This document shows positions 53,319 through 63,491 of a DNA stretch of 64,000 nt, piece by piece. Location of the stretch: positions 1,875-65,874 of the IMG/VR virus record IMGVR_UViG_3300047553_000334; one strand, 5' to 3'. The first letter of the stretch is position 1. Each line of letters starts with the position of its first letter. The DNA comes from a virus (lineage: Duplodnaviria > Caudoviricetes). The notes beneath the pieces were generated by a model that searched no databases, was not told the origin of the DNA, and worked only from the letters and a program-made list of their open reading frames with translations. The translations under genes and the position numbers were made by a program.

Positions 53319-55047
53319 TACTCGTGCTACACCACGTAATCTAAAACGGTTTGTCCGTCCCGGTAAAGATTTATCATTAGCTTTATTGGAGGCATTGACA
53401 GACAACCTAAATGAGTATGCCGATACAGGTGCATTTGATGGTGGCACGGCTTATCCAATACAAGGTTCGGAAATGTCTTACTCCGATTGGTTGCGTGTAT
53501 ATGCACCGCAAGCTGCATCATCTAAGATGGGCGACCATCACATTCGCGCATGGGAGTGGGCTGAAAAACTGGAAGCTGGTGTTGCTCCTCCAGCACTTAT
53601 TGAATGTTGGTTTCGTGGTGGTGGGAAAAGTACTACCATGGAACTTATCTCTAGTCGCCTTGCAGTTAAAGCAAGCCGTAGATTTTTGTTGTATGTCTGC
53701 GCTACACAGGATGCTGCAAATAGACACGTCAGTGATATTGCGTCAGTGATGGAACGTTGTGGTATTGAACGTGCTGTAAACCAGTATGGTTTTTCACGTG
53801 GTTGGAATGCACAGAAATTACGCACTGCTAATGGGTTTAATGTTTTAGCATTTGGATTAGATACTGGTGCTCGTGGTGTTAAGTTAGATCATCTACGTCC
53901 AGATATGATTATTCTTGACGACATAGATGAATTGGATGATTCAGTAAATGCCGTTGAAAAAAAGATACGTACTATTACTGCAACAATTCTTCCAGCTAAA
54001 AGTGTTGACTGTGCAATTGTTTTTGTGCAGAATCGAATTCATGCTAACAGTGTAATGTCTCGTGTTTTGTCTGGCGAGCTGGATATGCTTCAGGATCGCA
54101 TACAGTCACCAATTATTCCAGCTATTTATGATCTTCTGTATGAACCAGTTGAGAAAGAAGATGGTCGCATGGGCTGGAAGATTACATCCGGAACTGCAGC
54201 GTGGGAGCATAAAAATATTGCAGTATGCCAAAAGGAAATTGATGACTTTGGATTAATATCGTTCCTACGTGAGTGTCAACACGAGGTTGGTGTTGGTGGT
54301 TTATTCTTCCCTCAGTTTAAACCGATTGACAGCAATGGTAAAGATTGGCATGTTGTTGATCATATTGATGTTCAACCATGGTGGAGGTTCTGGGGAAGTC
54401 ATGACTTTGGAACCGGGGCGCCAGCTTGTTTTATTTTGTATGCAAGTGATGAGCGAGAAAACATATACGTCCTACACGAATGGTATGAGGCAGGTAAGAC
54501 AAGTAGTATGCAGGTCGATGGCGTACTTGAGTTATTGAAGAAGTACAAAATAGCAGAACCTAAAAACAAAAATGCTATGAGTGGCGCATATAACACCAAG
54601 CTTGAGGCAATTGCTTTTGACTGGGCAAGTACATTTCCACCTGAAAAAGTTGATCAGCGAGTTGGTGAGTATCCAGTAGAAATATGGTGGGAACGTGGGT
54701 TACCAGCTGTACGTGCTGTAAAAGATCGTAAGGCTGGGTGGAGTCGCGTGAAAGAATGGCTTATGGCAACAGAGATGTCTGATGGTCAAGTGAAGCCAAA
54801 GTTTGTTATTCATCGTGGTGGTTGTCCAAATTTAATCAAGCAATTATCAGACACAATGACACACACAAAAGACGCTGATGAAATTGATTCTGGTACACGC
54901 AATGACCATGCTATTGATAGCTTACGTTATGGATTGATGTGGCGTGAACACCCCGTACGATGCCCAGAAGTAGAAGAAAAAGAAAAGAGAAACCTAAACA
55001 ATAAACCATCTTGGTTAAGGGAAAGGAAGTTGGATGAATGGTTGTAA
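53299..55047 (+). CDS. terL: Terminase large subunit
   Basis: Walker A FRGGGKST, Walker B RPDMIILDDID, nuclease SHDFG and DHAIDSLRY. Confidence 0.93.
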   Translation: MQKLSVNTRATPRNLKRFVRPGKDLSLALLEALTDNLNEYADTGAFDGGTAYPIQGSEMSYSDWLRVYAPQAASSKMGDHHIRAWEWAEKLEAGVAPPALIECWFRGGGKSTTMELISSRLAVKASRRFLLYVCATQDAANRHVSDIASVMERCGIERAVNQYGFSRGWNAQKLRTANGFNVLAFGLDTGARGVKLDHLRPDMIILDDIDELDDSVNAVEKKIRTITATILPAKSVDCAIVFVQNRIHANSVMSRVLSGELDMLQDRIQSPIIPAIYDLLYEPVEKEDGRMGWKITSGTAAWEHKNIAVCQKEIDDFGLISFLRECQHEVGVGGLFFPQFKPIDSNGKDWHVVDHIDVQPWWRFWGSHDFGTGAPACFILYASDERENIYVLHEWYEAGKTSSMQVDGVLELLKKYKIAEPKNKNAMSGAYNTKLEAIAFDWASTFPPEKVDQRVGEYPVEIWWERGLPAVRAVKDRKAGWSRVKEWLMATEMSDGQVKPKFVIHRGGCPNLIKQLSDTMTHTKDADEIDSGTRNDHAIDSLRYGLMWREHPVRCPEVEEKEKRNLNNKPSWLRERKLDEWL

Positions 55048-55178
55048 TTCAAGTTATTGGTTTATTGTGCATGTTAATATCAACGTGCGTAGGTGTTATG
55101 ACATATAGAGTATTGAACGATATTAAAAACATAAAGATATACTCAAAGGAACTGTACGATCGTGAGGGCTGGCTATAA
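55038..55178 (+). CDS. Small membrane peptide between terL and portal (46 aa; not in ORF track)
   Basis: MVVIQVIGLLCMLISTCVGVMTYRVLNDIKNIKIYSKELYDREGWL*; overlaps the terL stop and portal start (TAATG). Confidence 0.6.
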   Translation: MVVIQVIGLLCMLISTCVGVMTYRVLNDIKNIKIYSKELYDREGWL

Positions 55179-57376
55179 TGTTTGATCTTAGTAAACTTTC
55201 TTCTGATGTACGAGGTTCTGGTCCACGCATCTCTGCATTTAAGAAACCTTCAAATCGTGGCACTGTTGGCTCGAATGAATTACTTAATGACAAGTTAGAA
55301 GATAAAGACAATCTTGAATTAGACGTACAGCCAAAAGCTTGGAAGGTTAATCAATTAGATCAACCCGAAGAGGCGCAAAAGATTGTAAAGTTTATCCAGC
55401 AACAATTCGACAGTGCTCAAAAATCACGAATAGACATGGAGCTGGAATGGGCACTTGCAACAGCATTCTTTGAGGGACGTCAGTGGTTGCGCATTGCTAG
55501 TCAAGGTCGAAACATAATTCGTTTGCAAAATCCTAACGAACCTAATCGGTACATGACGGTTAACAAGCTTAGGCCACTGATTGATGGCGTTGTTGGAAAA
55601 TTAACGCAATGTGCGCCAGACGCAACTGCTGTTCCTTTATCGGATAGCCCACAAGATCGAGCTGCAAGCGATGAAGCTAATTTTATTGCAAAGCATTACA
55701 ATCGTAAGTTTGGTCGTGAAACACAAACTAAAGAACGTGTACGTTGGGCTTGTGTTTGTGGGACATCATTCTTAAAGGTTTTTTGGGACAGCCGTAAAAC
55801 GCAGGTTGTGCCACAGTTAGATGTTGATGGAGAAACTGTTGTTGGGCACGTAGAGATGCGTGTAGGTGACGTTGTAGAACAAATACTTCCAGCGTTCGAC
55901 GTATACATTGATCCATCAGCAAAACGAGACGATGATATCCGTTGGATGATACATGCCATGATTAAACCACTTTCATGGTTTGTAGACGCATATGGCGAAG
56001 TTGGTAAACGCGTAGAGGCAGATGCTCTAACTGGACAGTATTCTGGTTATGTAGATGCGTATCTTGATGGTGCAAATGCGGGTGGGCGCGGTTGGGTTCC
56101 ACCAGCATCTGCAACTACAAGCACAACAGAAAAGCGCAAGAACGCTGCAGTAGTTTATGAGTATTGGGAAAAACCAACTAAACTTTACCCCGATGGGAGA
56201 TATATCGTTGCTACGCAAAGCACGCTTCTGTATGCAGGTGTTTGGCCGTACAACAAAAAAGATTCATTTCCATTTATTCCGTTACGATGGCAACCACGTG
56301 CTGGTACACCATACGGATATAGTCTTGGGTTTGACTTAGTATCACTACAAAGTACATACAATCGTATTTACAGTCGCCTACTAGAACAATTTGAAGCACA
56401 AAAAGATTACCTGCTTATTGAACGTCTATCATCTGTTGGAGCAGATGCTTACGACAAAGAGAGCGATACGATTGAAGATAAGAATCGTATCTACCGTAAG
56501 GTTTACTACGATCGTGGGAGTCGCCCACCAGCTGTTCAGCGTGCACCGGGCATTGGAGCAGATTTATTTCCTTTACTACAGATGATTGAAAAGGACATGA
56601 TGGATGTTGCTGGGTTACACGACGTCAGTCAAGGTATGGCACAAGCAGGAACACCAGCCGAATCTGTACGACTATTGCAGAAAGCGGACAACACTCAGCA
56701 TTCATATGTTAGAGCCGACATCGAAATTAGCAACGCATGTATCAAAGAATGGGAAGTGAGTCTAATTGAGCAATTTGCAATTGTCCCCTTTATCGGAAAT
56801 ATCGAAGGAGGAATGCTCCCCAGAGACCAAATACAGCAGGGCGTTATGCGCTTTGATGCTTTGCGCAATGGTGGCAGGTATAGGATTGTTTATGTGCCCG
56901 GATCTAGTATGGATGAAGGGCCAGACCAACGATTAAACAAGTACGCTACATTACGTCAAATGGGTGTATTTGGTGACCCAATGGATCCCGCTACAAACCG
57001 ACTGTTTGTTCAGTTAGTCAATATGCCAGAGACAACCAAGATTCTTGACCATTTAGATGAACAAGAACAAAAGATGGCAGAAGCACAGCAACAGCAAATG
57101 ATGATGCAGCAACAGGCACAAGCAGCACAGATGCAGCAACAAACAGAAGTTCTTCAATTCAATATGCAAGTTGAACAAACCAAGGCACAGATTGAAATTG
57201 AAAAGATGAAGGCTGAAGTAGCAGCAAAACTTGAGGCAGACATTGCGCTGGCAACCGCAAAGGCTGGACTTGAGGCGCAGTCAAATGAAGACTACGCAAT
57301 GGTAGATATTGGAAAACAGTTTGCCATGAATGATTTAGGCCCTGAATCTGGCATAAATCCTAATGAAGGAGTATAG
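55178..57376 (+). CDS. Portal protein (P22-like)
   Basis: 732 aa after terL; AFFEGRQW, VNKLRPLIDG, FDVYIDPSA, VYEYW, FPFIP; Q-rich C-terminal barrel. Confidence 0.88.
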   Translation: MFDLSKLSSDVRGSGPRISAFKKPSNRGTVGSNELLNDKLEDKDNLELDVQPKAWKVNQLDQPEEAQKIVKFIQQQFDSAQKSRIDMELEWALATAFFEGRQWLRIASQGRNIIRLQNPNEPNRYMTVNKLRPLIDGVVGKLTQCAPDATAVPLSDSPQDRAASDEANFIAKHYNRKFGRETQTKERVRWACVCGTSFLKVFWDSRKTQVVPQLDVDGETVVGHVEMRVGDVVEQILPAFDVYIDPSAKRDDDIRWMIHAMIKPLSWFVDAYGEVGKRVEADALTGQYSGYVDAYLDGANAGGRGWVPPASATTSTTEKRKNAAVVYEYWEKPTKLYPDGRYIVATQSTLLYAGVWPYNKKDSFPFIPLRWQPRAGTPYGYSLGFDLVSLQSTYNRIYSRLLEQFEAQKDYLLIERLSSVGADAYDKESDTIEDKNRIYRKVYYDRGSRPPAVQRAPGIGADLFPLLQMIEKDMMDVAGLHDVSQGMAQAGTPAESVRLLQKADNTQHSYVRADIEISNACIKEWEVSLIEQFAIVPFIGNIEGGMLPRDQIQQGVMRFDALRNGGRYRIVYVPGSSMDEGPDQRLNKYATLRQMGVFGDPMDPATNRLFVQLVNMPETTKILDHLDEQEQKMAEAQQQQMMMQQQAQAAQMQQQTEVLQFNMQVEQTKAQIEIEKMKAEVAAKLEADIALATAKAGLEAQSNEDYAMVDIGKQFAMNDLGPESGINPNEGV

Positions 57377-57381
57377 TTAAA

Positions 57382-58263
57382 ATGTCTGAAGAGATGGTGA
57401 TGCGCACCTCAGACTCACCAGCTGAGGCGTCAGACAATGTTGGTCTTAGTAGTTTATTGACACAGGATAGTTCATACGCCAATGAACCTGAAACTGCACC
57501 GGCGTTAAACACTGCAGAAGATGCGTCAGAAACATTAGACTTTTCTTGGTTAGATGATATTGCAAGCGAGCCACCTGACCCACAGGAGCTTATTCGGCAG
57601 AAATTAACGGAATCGTTATCTGCTCAGAAGACCCCAGAAAATGTCCCATACGACAGGTTTCGGGAGGTAAATGAGCAAGCAAAAGCTGCCAAAGATATTG
57701 CTGCGCAATATGAAAAATGGGCCGACGTAATTCAGGCTTTAGAATCTGATGGTTATACATCAGGCGAGCAACTACGTAATGCGTGGGCACAACAACAACA
57801 ACAAGCGAACGAAGATCAGATTCGACAGAAATATCAGACAATGTCTGAGGCTAATCTTCTTTCAGAAGATGCTGCACGTATTTCTGCGGATTATGAAATT
57901 CAACGTATGAAATATGAGGAATTGCTTTCGCAGGTAGAAGCCCAGAAGCGTTCCCAAAGTTTAGAACAAGCTTTTCGCGAATACCCATATGCAAGGCGTG
58001 GCGAACAAATCGTTAACAACTTAGTAGCACGTGGTGTAGATCCAATTGAAGCAGTTTCATACGTTCACACCGAGTTGGCTAACATGGCCGAATCGCTTGT
58101 CCCAGAACTTGCATCTATGTTTGAAGCACAGAAGCAAGTGCCTATCCCCATCGACACTTCCGAATCTGCACAGCCTGTTGTCCAAGAAGCAACACCGACG
58201 CGTGGCCTTGGTGGAGTCTTTAGTAGATTAATGGGTATTGGCAGAAACAACAACGGTATCTAA
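57382..58263 (+). CDS. Capsid scaffolding protein
   Basis: Acidic coiled-coil with VPYDRFREVNE motif, between portal and MCP. Confidence 0.8.
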   Translation: MSEEMVMRTSDSPAEASDNVGLSSLLTQDSSYANEPETAPALNTAEDASETLDFSWLDDIASEPPDPQELIRQKLTESLSAQKTPENVPYDRFREVNEQAKAAKDIAAQYEKWADVIQALESDGYTSGEQLRNAWAQQQQQANEDQIRQKYQTMSEANLLSEDAARISADYEIQRMKYEELLSQVEAQKRSQSLEQAFREYPYARRGEQIVNNLVARGVDPIEAVSYVHTELANMAESLVPELASMFEAQKQVPIPIDTSESAQPVVQEATPTRGLGGVFSRLMGIGRNNNGI

Positions 58264-58274
58264 GGAGCTAAGAA

Positions 58275-59345
58275 ATGGCTATTGATTTCAATGGTGCCCT
58301 TACATTAGCGGATCAGGCAATCTTGTCAAATGACCCGCTTGTCAAGGAAATCACCAAGAGTTTGCATCAGACGTGGAACGCTGTAAAGGATATTCCTTTC
58401 TATACTTCCCCATCTTTACGACAGATTGGTATGCGTTATACCAACAGTGGTATTCCTACTCCTAACTGGACAGGTATTAACTCTGAGCCACAGGCAGTTA
58501 AGGGTAAACCAAAGCAGTACGAAGAGCAGATGTTCTTACTGCGCAACAAGATCACTATTGATAAGGTTCTTCTCGATCAGCCTAACAATATTATTGATCC
58601 TGTAGATGCACAGGTACAGATGTTCTTAGAGGGTTTTGCTTATGACTTCAATGACAAGTTCATTAACAATGACCCTACAAGTTCTGCACCGGGTAACTCA
58701 CCAGATTGTTTCCCTGGTTTAAAGTATCGATTGTCTAACCCTCAGCAGTTTGATATGGCATCTGATATGACTATCAACTCAGCAGCAAACATGTCGTTGG
58801 CAAACCTGTTAGCTGGTGCTTCAGCAACTGCTGGGTCTGGTGCTGCAAACCGCTTCATGTATGATATTCAGACGTTGTTTGACAATATGAATGCTCCAGA
58901 TGGAGACGGCATCGTCTTGTATGTATCCGAGGTTGGCAAGCGTATTATTGAAGCTGCAATCCGTGTAATGGGTATTGGTAGTGGTTTTGATATTACTCAG
59001 GACAACTATGATCGCCCAGTTGAGATGTACAAGAATGCAAAGATCCGTGTTGTAGGTCGTAAGGCAGATGGCTTAACGTCGGTTATTCCAAATGATGTAT
59101 CGCTTCCTGCAACAACAGTTCTTTCTGACGGTACTACTGGCGCACTGACTAATACCACCACTATGTATGCAGTTCGTTATGGAACTGGATATGTTCAGGG
59201 TTGGCAGCCAAAGCCATTCAAGCCAGAGAATCTTGGACGATCGCAAGAGAACGGAATTATGCACAACATCCTCTTTGAGTGGGGTTGTGGTCTGTGGATT
59301 CCACACACTCGTGCAATTGGACGCCTGAACTTTAAGGTAGCTTAA
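58275..59345 (+). CDS. Major capsid protein (HK97 fold)
   Basis: 356 aa, strong AAGGAG RBS; LTLAD, DIPF, FPGLKYRL, TTMYAVRYG, W.CGL...RAIGRL. Confidence 0.88.
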   Translation: MAIDFNGALTLADQAILSNDPLVKEITKSLHQTWNAVKDIPFYTSPSLRQIGMRYTNSGIPTPNWTGINSEPQAVKGKPKQYEEQMFLLRNKITIDKVLLDQPNNIIDPVDAQVQMFLEGFAYDFNDKFINNDPTSSAPGNSPDCFPGLKYRLSNPQQFDMASDMTINSAANMSLANLLAGASATAGSGAANRFMYDIQTLFDNMNAPDGDGIVLYVSEVGKRIIEAAIRVMGIGSGFDITQDNYDRPVEMYKNAKIRVVGRKADGLTSVIPNDVSLPATTVLSDGTTGALTNTTTMYAVRYGTGYVQGWQPKPFKPENLGRSQENGIMHNILFEWGCGLWIPHTRAIGRLNFKVA

Positions 59346-59357
59346 CGAGGAGAAATT

Positions 59358-60251
59358 ATGGCAAGAGATTTCAAATTAAATTTCCGTTTTGGATCTGGCG
59401 TACTTGGTGCGTCAGGTGGAACGGTAGCCTTACCCGGAACTAACATTACGGCATTTACTACGTCGTTTGTTGGATTAACTGGTACCGCTGCACCAACTGG
59501 TAATACAGCAACCAACCAAGTGTTTTCATGTCCACTAGCGTGGGGTGGGTACACTCAGACGGCTGTTGGTACTGGTGCTCCATATGCTGAAGATGTTCCA
59601 AATAATGGACAGGTTCTTCATGGTCACACAAGTCGCAACGATATGTTTGTGATTGTTGATGCATGTGCAGCAACTGCACTTGTAACACCACAATCATTTG
59701 TCGTTCAGGCATCTGACGATCTTATCAACTGGTCTACAATTGGCACAGGTGAAACAACATTGCCGGGTACGAACCCATCGAATGGCACGGTTGTATGTAC
59801 AATTGCTGCTGGTACATTCCCGGTACTGACGGCAAACGCTAATCATGGATTACAGCCCGGAGACTTACTCGTTGTAACTGCTGCGACTACGGTCAACCTC
59901 AATAACAACCATGAGTCTGTAGCTGCTGTTGTAGGTAACGTTGTGGAAGTTGCAACAGTGCCATCTGCGACAACATTTAGTATTCGTTATCCGGGTCCAC
60001 AGGGCACAACACTTAAAAGTAATATGTTTCCATTGTCAAACTTGACTGTGGTTGCAACTGGTACGCCAGCGCTTACGTTTACTAAGTGTGCAACGTCTGG
60101 TGCTAGTGTAGGTGGACAGATTATGATCCCTGTTGCTCCATCCGCAAAACCATATGTTCGCCTTGCAGCATTTGGTGGAGCCAGTGCTGCTGGTATTGCA
60201 GTACTGCGTGATGCTTATCTCGCAATCGCTCGTACTGGCGTAGCTAGGTAA
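59358..60251 (+). CDS. Minor capsid / decoration (cement-like) protein with insertion
   Basis: Follows MCP; MARD start, VQASDD..W and PYVRL motifs typical of jelly-roll cement proteins. Confidence 0.6.
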   Translation: MARDFKLNFRFGSGVLGASGGTVALPGTNITAFTTSFVGLTGTAAPTGNTATNQVFSCPLAWGGYTQTAVGTGAPYAEDVPNNGQVLHGHTSRNDMFVIVDACAATALVTPQSFVVQASDDLINWSTIGTGETTLPGTNPSNGTVVCTIAAGTFPVLTANANHGLQPGDLLVVTAATTVNLNNNHESVAAVVGNVVEVATVPSATTFSIRYPGPQGTTLKSNMFPLSNLTVVATGTPALTFTKCATSGASVGGQIMIPVAPSAKPYVRLAAFGGASAAGIAVLRDAYLAIARTGVAR

Positions 60252-60256
60252 CTAAT

Positions 60257-60904
60257 ATGACTCTAGGTCAAATCAAACAACGCATACGTATGATGGGTCG
60301 AAACTATTTTGGCTCGGAAGCTGACCGTGACCCATTTGGCCTAGAGTTTGTTATTTTTGAAACTGCCAATCAGATTTGTCGTAAAACCGACTGTCTGGTT
60401 GGCAGAAGATATTTAGATCTGGATGCTGGCACAACTGATTACTGTGCGCCAGATATTTACAAAATTCGTGTTGTTAAAATTAAAGACAACGACGGAGATT
60501 ATTTTCAGCCACAGTTATATAACTTCAGTAATCAGATGGTTGATGAGTACAGGTATCGCACTGATCAAGCCACCCCTGAAGTTGTTGCTGTCCGTGGTAT
60601 GAATGCGATTAGTATATATCCTGCACCACTTGCTAATATTACACAAGGTTTGCTAATTGAAGGTTATGCACAACCGGGTGAGTTCTGGGTGTATGATTCG
60701 ACTGGTACGGCGTTACCAAACAATGATTCATCTGAGTGTCCATTACCTGATGTAGCGCAGGACTGTCTTGTTTATGGATCTTTATACATGCGTTGTCTGC
60801 AAATGCGTGATGGCGATGGAATTCAATTATTTAAAACAGAATACTTAGATCGTCTTGGCGCAGTAGAATCATACGCAGCTACATATACACGGAGGGCAAT
60901 CTAA
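60257..60904 (+). CDS. Head-tail adaptor protein
   Basis: MTLGQIKQRIR, ISIYPAP, LVYGSL. Confidence 0.7.
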   Translation: MTLGQIKQRIRMMGRNYFGSEADRDPFGLEFVIFETANQICRKTDCLVGRRYLDLDAGTTDYCAPDIYKIRVVKIKDNDGDYFQPQLYNFSNQMVDEYRYRTDQATPEVVAVRGMNAISIYPAPLANITQGLLIEGYAQPGEFWVYDSTGTALPNNDSSECPLPDVAQDCLVYGSLYMRCLQMRDGDGIQLFKTEYLDRLGAVESYAATYTRRAI

Positions 60905-61614
60905 TGGCTGTTGGATTTACCGATCTCCGATTTGAAACACTACGTCTGTTAAATGAAACAAACCTTTCTGTTGTAGGAGAAATTGCTACAGGTGATGGAG
61001 CTACGGGCACAGCTGGTGCAACATTTACCGTTTCTTCTAATGAAGGCTTAGTAGACTATTTAAATGAAGGTGCGATAGAGATGTGTCGCACTTGTTGTTA
61101 TATTGCTGGGACTGACACACTTGCTGTTACGTCACGCACAACATCTTATGCATCTACGAGTGTGTGGTTTCCGACAACCGCAAGAACTGCATCTGGTCGC
61201 CTAACGCATTGTGGTGAACAAGAACTTGCTATGTATGATCAGGACTACATGACAACTACCGGTACACCTGCGTACTGGTATCGACATGGTCCGTATGACA
61301 TTGGCGTTTATCCAGTACCAACTACAAGTACTAACGTAATAATTAGTGGCGCTGCTATACCAACGCCTATAACAACTGCATCTGGAACGTTCAGTTTTGC
61401 CCCAGATGATTTACTACTAAAGGCATTACCAGCTTATGCTGCAGCTAAATTAGCACTTAAGAATTTTGATGACCCGTCATTAGTTGGGCGTTCCTTCTGG
61501 AAAGATTGGTACGACATGACTAGATTGACTTTATGGCAACAACTTGACACATCATTAAAAATGCCCGGTGGCATATTCGCCGTACCGCCTGTGAACATTT
61601 CGTCTGGTAAATGA
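60904..61614 (+). CDS. Second head-tail adaptor-like protein
   Basis: LRFETLRLLNE, DYLNEG, GTPAYWY, IGVYPVP, ALPAYAAAKL. Confidence 0.7.
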   Translation: MAVGFTDLRFETLRLLNETNLSVVGEIATGDGATGTAGATFTVSSNEGLVDYLNEGAIEMCRTCCYIAGTDTLAVTSRTTSYASTSVWFPTTARTASGRLTHCGEQELAMYDQDYMTTTGTPAYWYRHGPYDIGVYPVPTTSTNVIISGAAIPTPITTASGTFSFAPDDLLLKALPAYAAAKLALKNFDDPSLVGRSFWKDWYDMTRLTLWQQLDTSLKMPGGIFAVPPVNISSGK

Positions 61615-61919
61615 GGTGCGTAATGAAAATTGCATGGGGTCGTTTAATTTTAATTGTTTTGGGAGCATTTACTGCAAGTGCAGCCCCAGAGTTTGACGCT
61701 GCGTGGAAAGCGCAACATGTTCCGGATTCCGCATCTTTTGGCACGGTGACTCGTGCGCTACTTTTATCTAGCATAGAAGGTCTACGTGCTGGTATACCAG
61801 CAATGACAACTGCGTTGATTGCCTTCTTTATGCGACAAGATAGCAGCCTTCCAGTGTTTTCAATAAACGTGCCGGAGGTGAGAAAAGTCAGTGAAACGAC
61901 GAGGGACATCGATGGATAA
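61611..61919 (+). CDS. Membrane protein, holin-like
   Basis: Two hydrophobic segments; start may be ATG 61623. Confidence 0.5.
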   Translation: MRCVMKIAWGRLILIVLGAFTASAAPEFDAAWKAQHVPDSASFGTVTRALLLSSIEGLRAGIPAMTTALIAFFMRQDSSLPVFSINVPEVRKVSETTRDIDG

Positions 61920-62190
61920 AGAGCAACTTATTGCAGGTGCTGTTGGAGCGGTTGCAGGTACAGACTGGTGGGACAAAACTAAAGTCAAAAATATTTGGCA
62001 TGGTTTATCTGGTGTTATTGCTGGCACCTTCTCAGCCGTTTATTTAACTCCAATTATTGCTAAGCAAGTAGGCTGGAATACGCCAGATCAAGTTGTAGGA
62101 GTTGCATTTGCAGTTGGAATTTTAGGTCTTAGATCTGTTCAATTAGTAAATGCTATAGCAGAAAAATTAATTAAAAAGATTGAAGTGTAA
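61891..62190 (+). CDS. Holin
   Basis: IAGAVGAV...GVIAGTFSAVYLTP...GVAFAVGILG, 2-3 TM helices; probable start ATG 61912. Confidence 0.7.
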   Translation: MKRRGTSMDKEQLIAGAVGAVAGTDWWDKTKVKNIWHGLSGVIAGTFSAVYLTPIIAKQVGWNTPDQVVGVAFAVGILGLRSVQLVNAIAEKLIKKIEV

Positions 62191-62421
62191 TGACGTACTC
62201 AGCATCAGCGCAAATACTAAACGCAGAAGAATTACCGGATGGGCGCATTGTAATTTGAAAATGAAGAATCATTTCAAAGCTACTGTCACATCATGTCGTT
62301 GCAGATAGATTCTTTATTACGAACGTTACTACTTATGGATTATTCAGAACAACGAGTGGCAGGTAAAACGGCTTCATTATCTATTAGTGATCCAGATAAT
62401 AACTGGGTGGTCGTGACGTGA
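62190..62421 (+). pseudogene. Frameshifted small gene upstream of the fibre gene
   Basis: MTYSASAQILNAEELPDGRIVI* (stop near 62256), continuing in the +1 frame as FENEESFQSY...NNWVVVT*, whose stop overlaps the next start (GTGA). Confidence 0.5.
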
Positions 62422-63491
62422 TACTAACTTTTCTTGGTCGTTATAGTACTGGTTATCAAGGCCCATTTGGATATTCCCAATGGACTTTTAATGCTACCGG
62501 ACAATACATTGTGAATGTATTTACGGCAGAAAAAACTATGACTATTACGCAACTTGGTATGTGTGTGAGTAGTTCAACAGGAACACCACCTGTGCGGATT
62601 GCAATGTGGCAATATACCGGAGGTAGAGATTTACCATCAAACCCACTAACAGCAAAGATATACACAGACCCTAATCCAATAAGTGTTACTGCTGGTATTA
62701 CGCAACCTACATTTATATGGTGGGATCTTACAACGCCACAAGTAATAACTAAGGGTACTACAATTGCAATTGGACTAGAAACATATGGAACATGGAGCGG
62801 AGGATTGTCGCTTGTTAGTACGCAAGATCAAAGTAAGCGTGACTACACATCAATGTCAGGTCAACCATATGCCAGAACATGGACACAAAATACTGGGCCT
62901 TTTAGATTTGGTGTTGCGTCAACAACTGAATCTTATGGTTATCCAGTTCAGACTTCTACGCTTACAAATAGAAATAATACTTTCTCAGGCACGGCATTTA
63001 CTATTCCAACATCAATGGGTGGAACTTGTTTACTGCAAGGTATATTGGCACCATTAAACGCTGAGTCAAGTTTTATTAATCTGTCGTTGCGCTTATACAA
63101 TGCAACGTCATACCCGCCTACTCTTATTACGTCTAGATCATTTGCTGATGGTAGTGCAACGTCATGGCTTAATGCGATGAATCAAGATGCCGGACAAGTT
63201 TATTTTCCATTTAATACACCACAAACGCTAACTACAGGCGTTAAGTATGCTGTCGGATTTAATCATAGTGGAAATAACTTTAACTTAGCTAGATTTACAT
63301 TTAATAGGGCACAAGATGCTAATTGCCTGTCAGATATACCATCGTTCGGTCTTGAGGCTGATTCTACATTGACAACATGGACTGAATCTGGAACAGTGCG
63401 ATATGCAATGAGTTTAGATGTTACTGATTTTACACCAGCTGCTGGTGCATCTGGCGGTGGGCCTGTAATTGGCGGAAGGTTGATCAATTGA
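62418..63491 (+). CDS. Tail fibre / receptor-binding protein
   Basis: 357 aa, T/S/aromatic beta-rich with two similar halves (TPQVITKG; TPQTLTTG); Gly-rich C-terminal tail. Confidence 0.6.
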   Translation: MILTFLGRYSTGYQGPFGYSQWTFNATGQYIVNVFTAEKTMTITQLGMCVSSSTGTPPVRIAMWQYTGGRDLPSNPLTAKIYTDPNPISVTAGITQPTFIWWDLTTPQVITKGTTIAIGLETYGTWSGGLSLVSTQDQSKRDYTSMSGQPYARTWTQNTGPFRFGVASTTESYGYPVQTSTLTNRNNTFSGTAFTIPTSMGGTCLLQGILAPLNAESSFINLSLRLYNATSYPPTLITSRSFADGSATSWLNAMNQDAGQVYFPFNTPQTLTTGVKYAVGFNHSGNNFNLARFTFNRAQDANCLSDIPSFGLEADSTLTTWTESGTVRYAMSLDVTDFTPAAGASGGGPVIGGRLIN

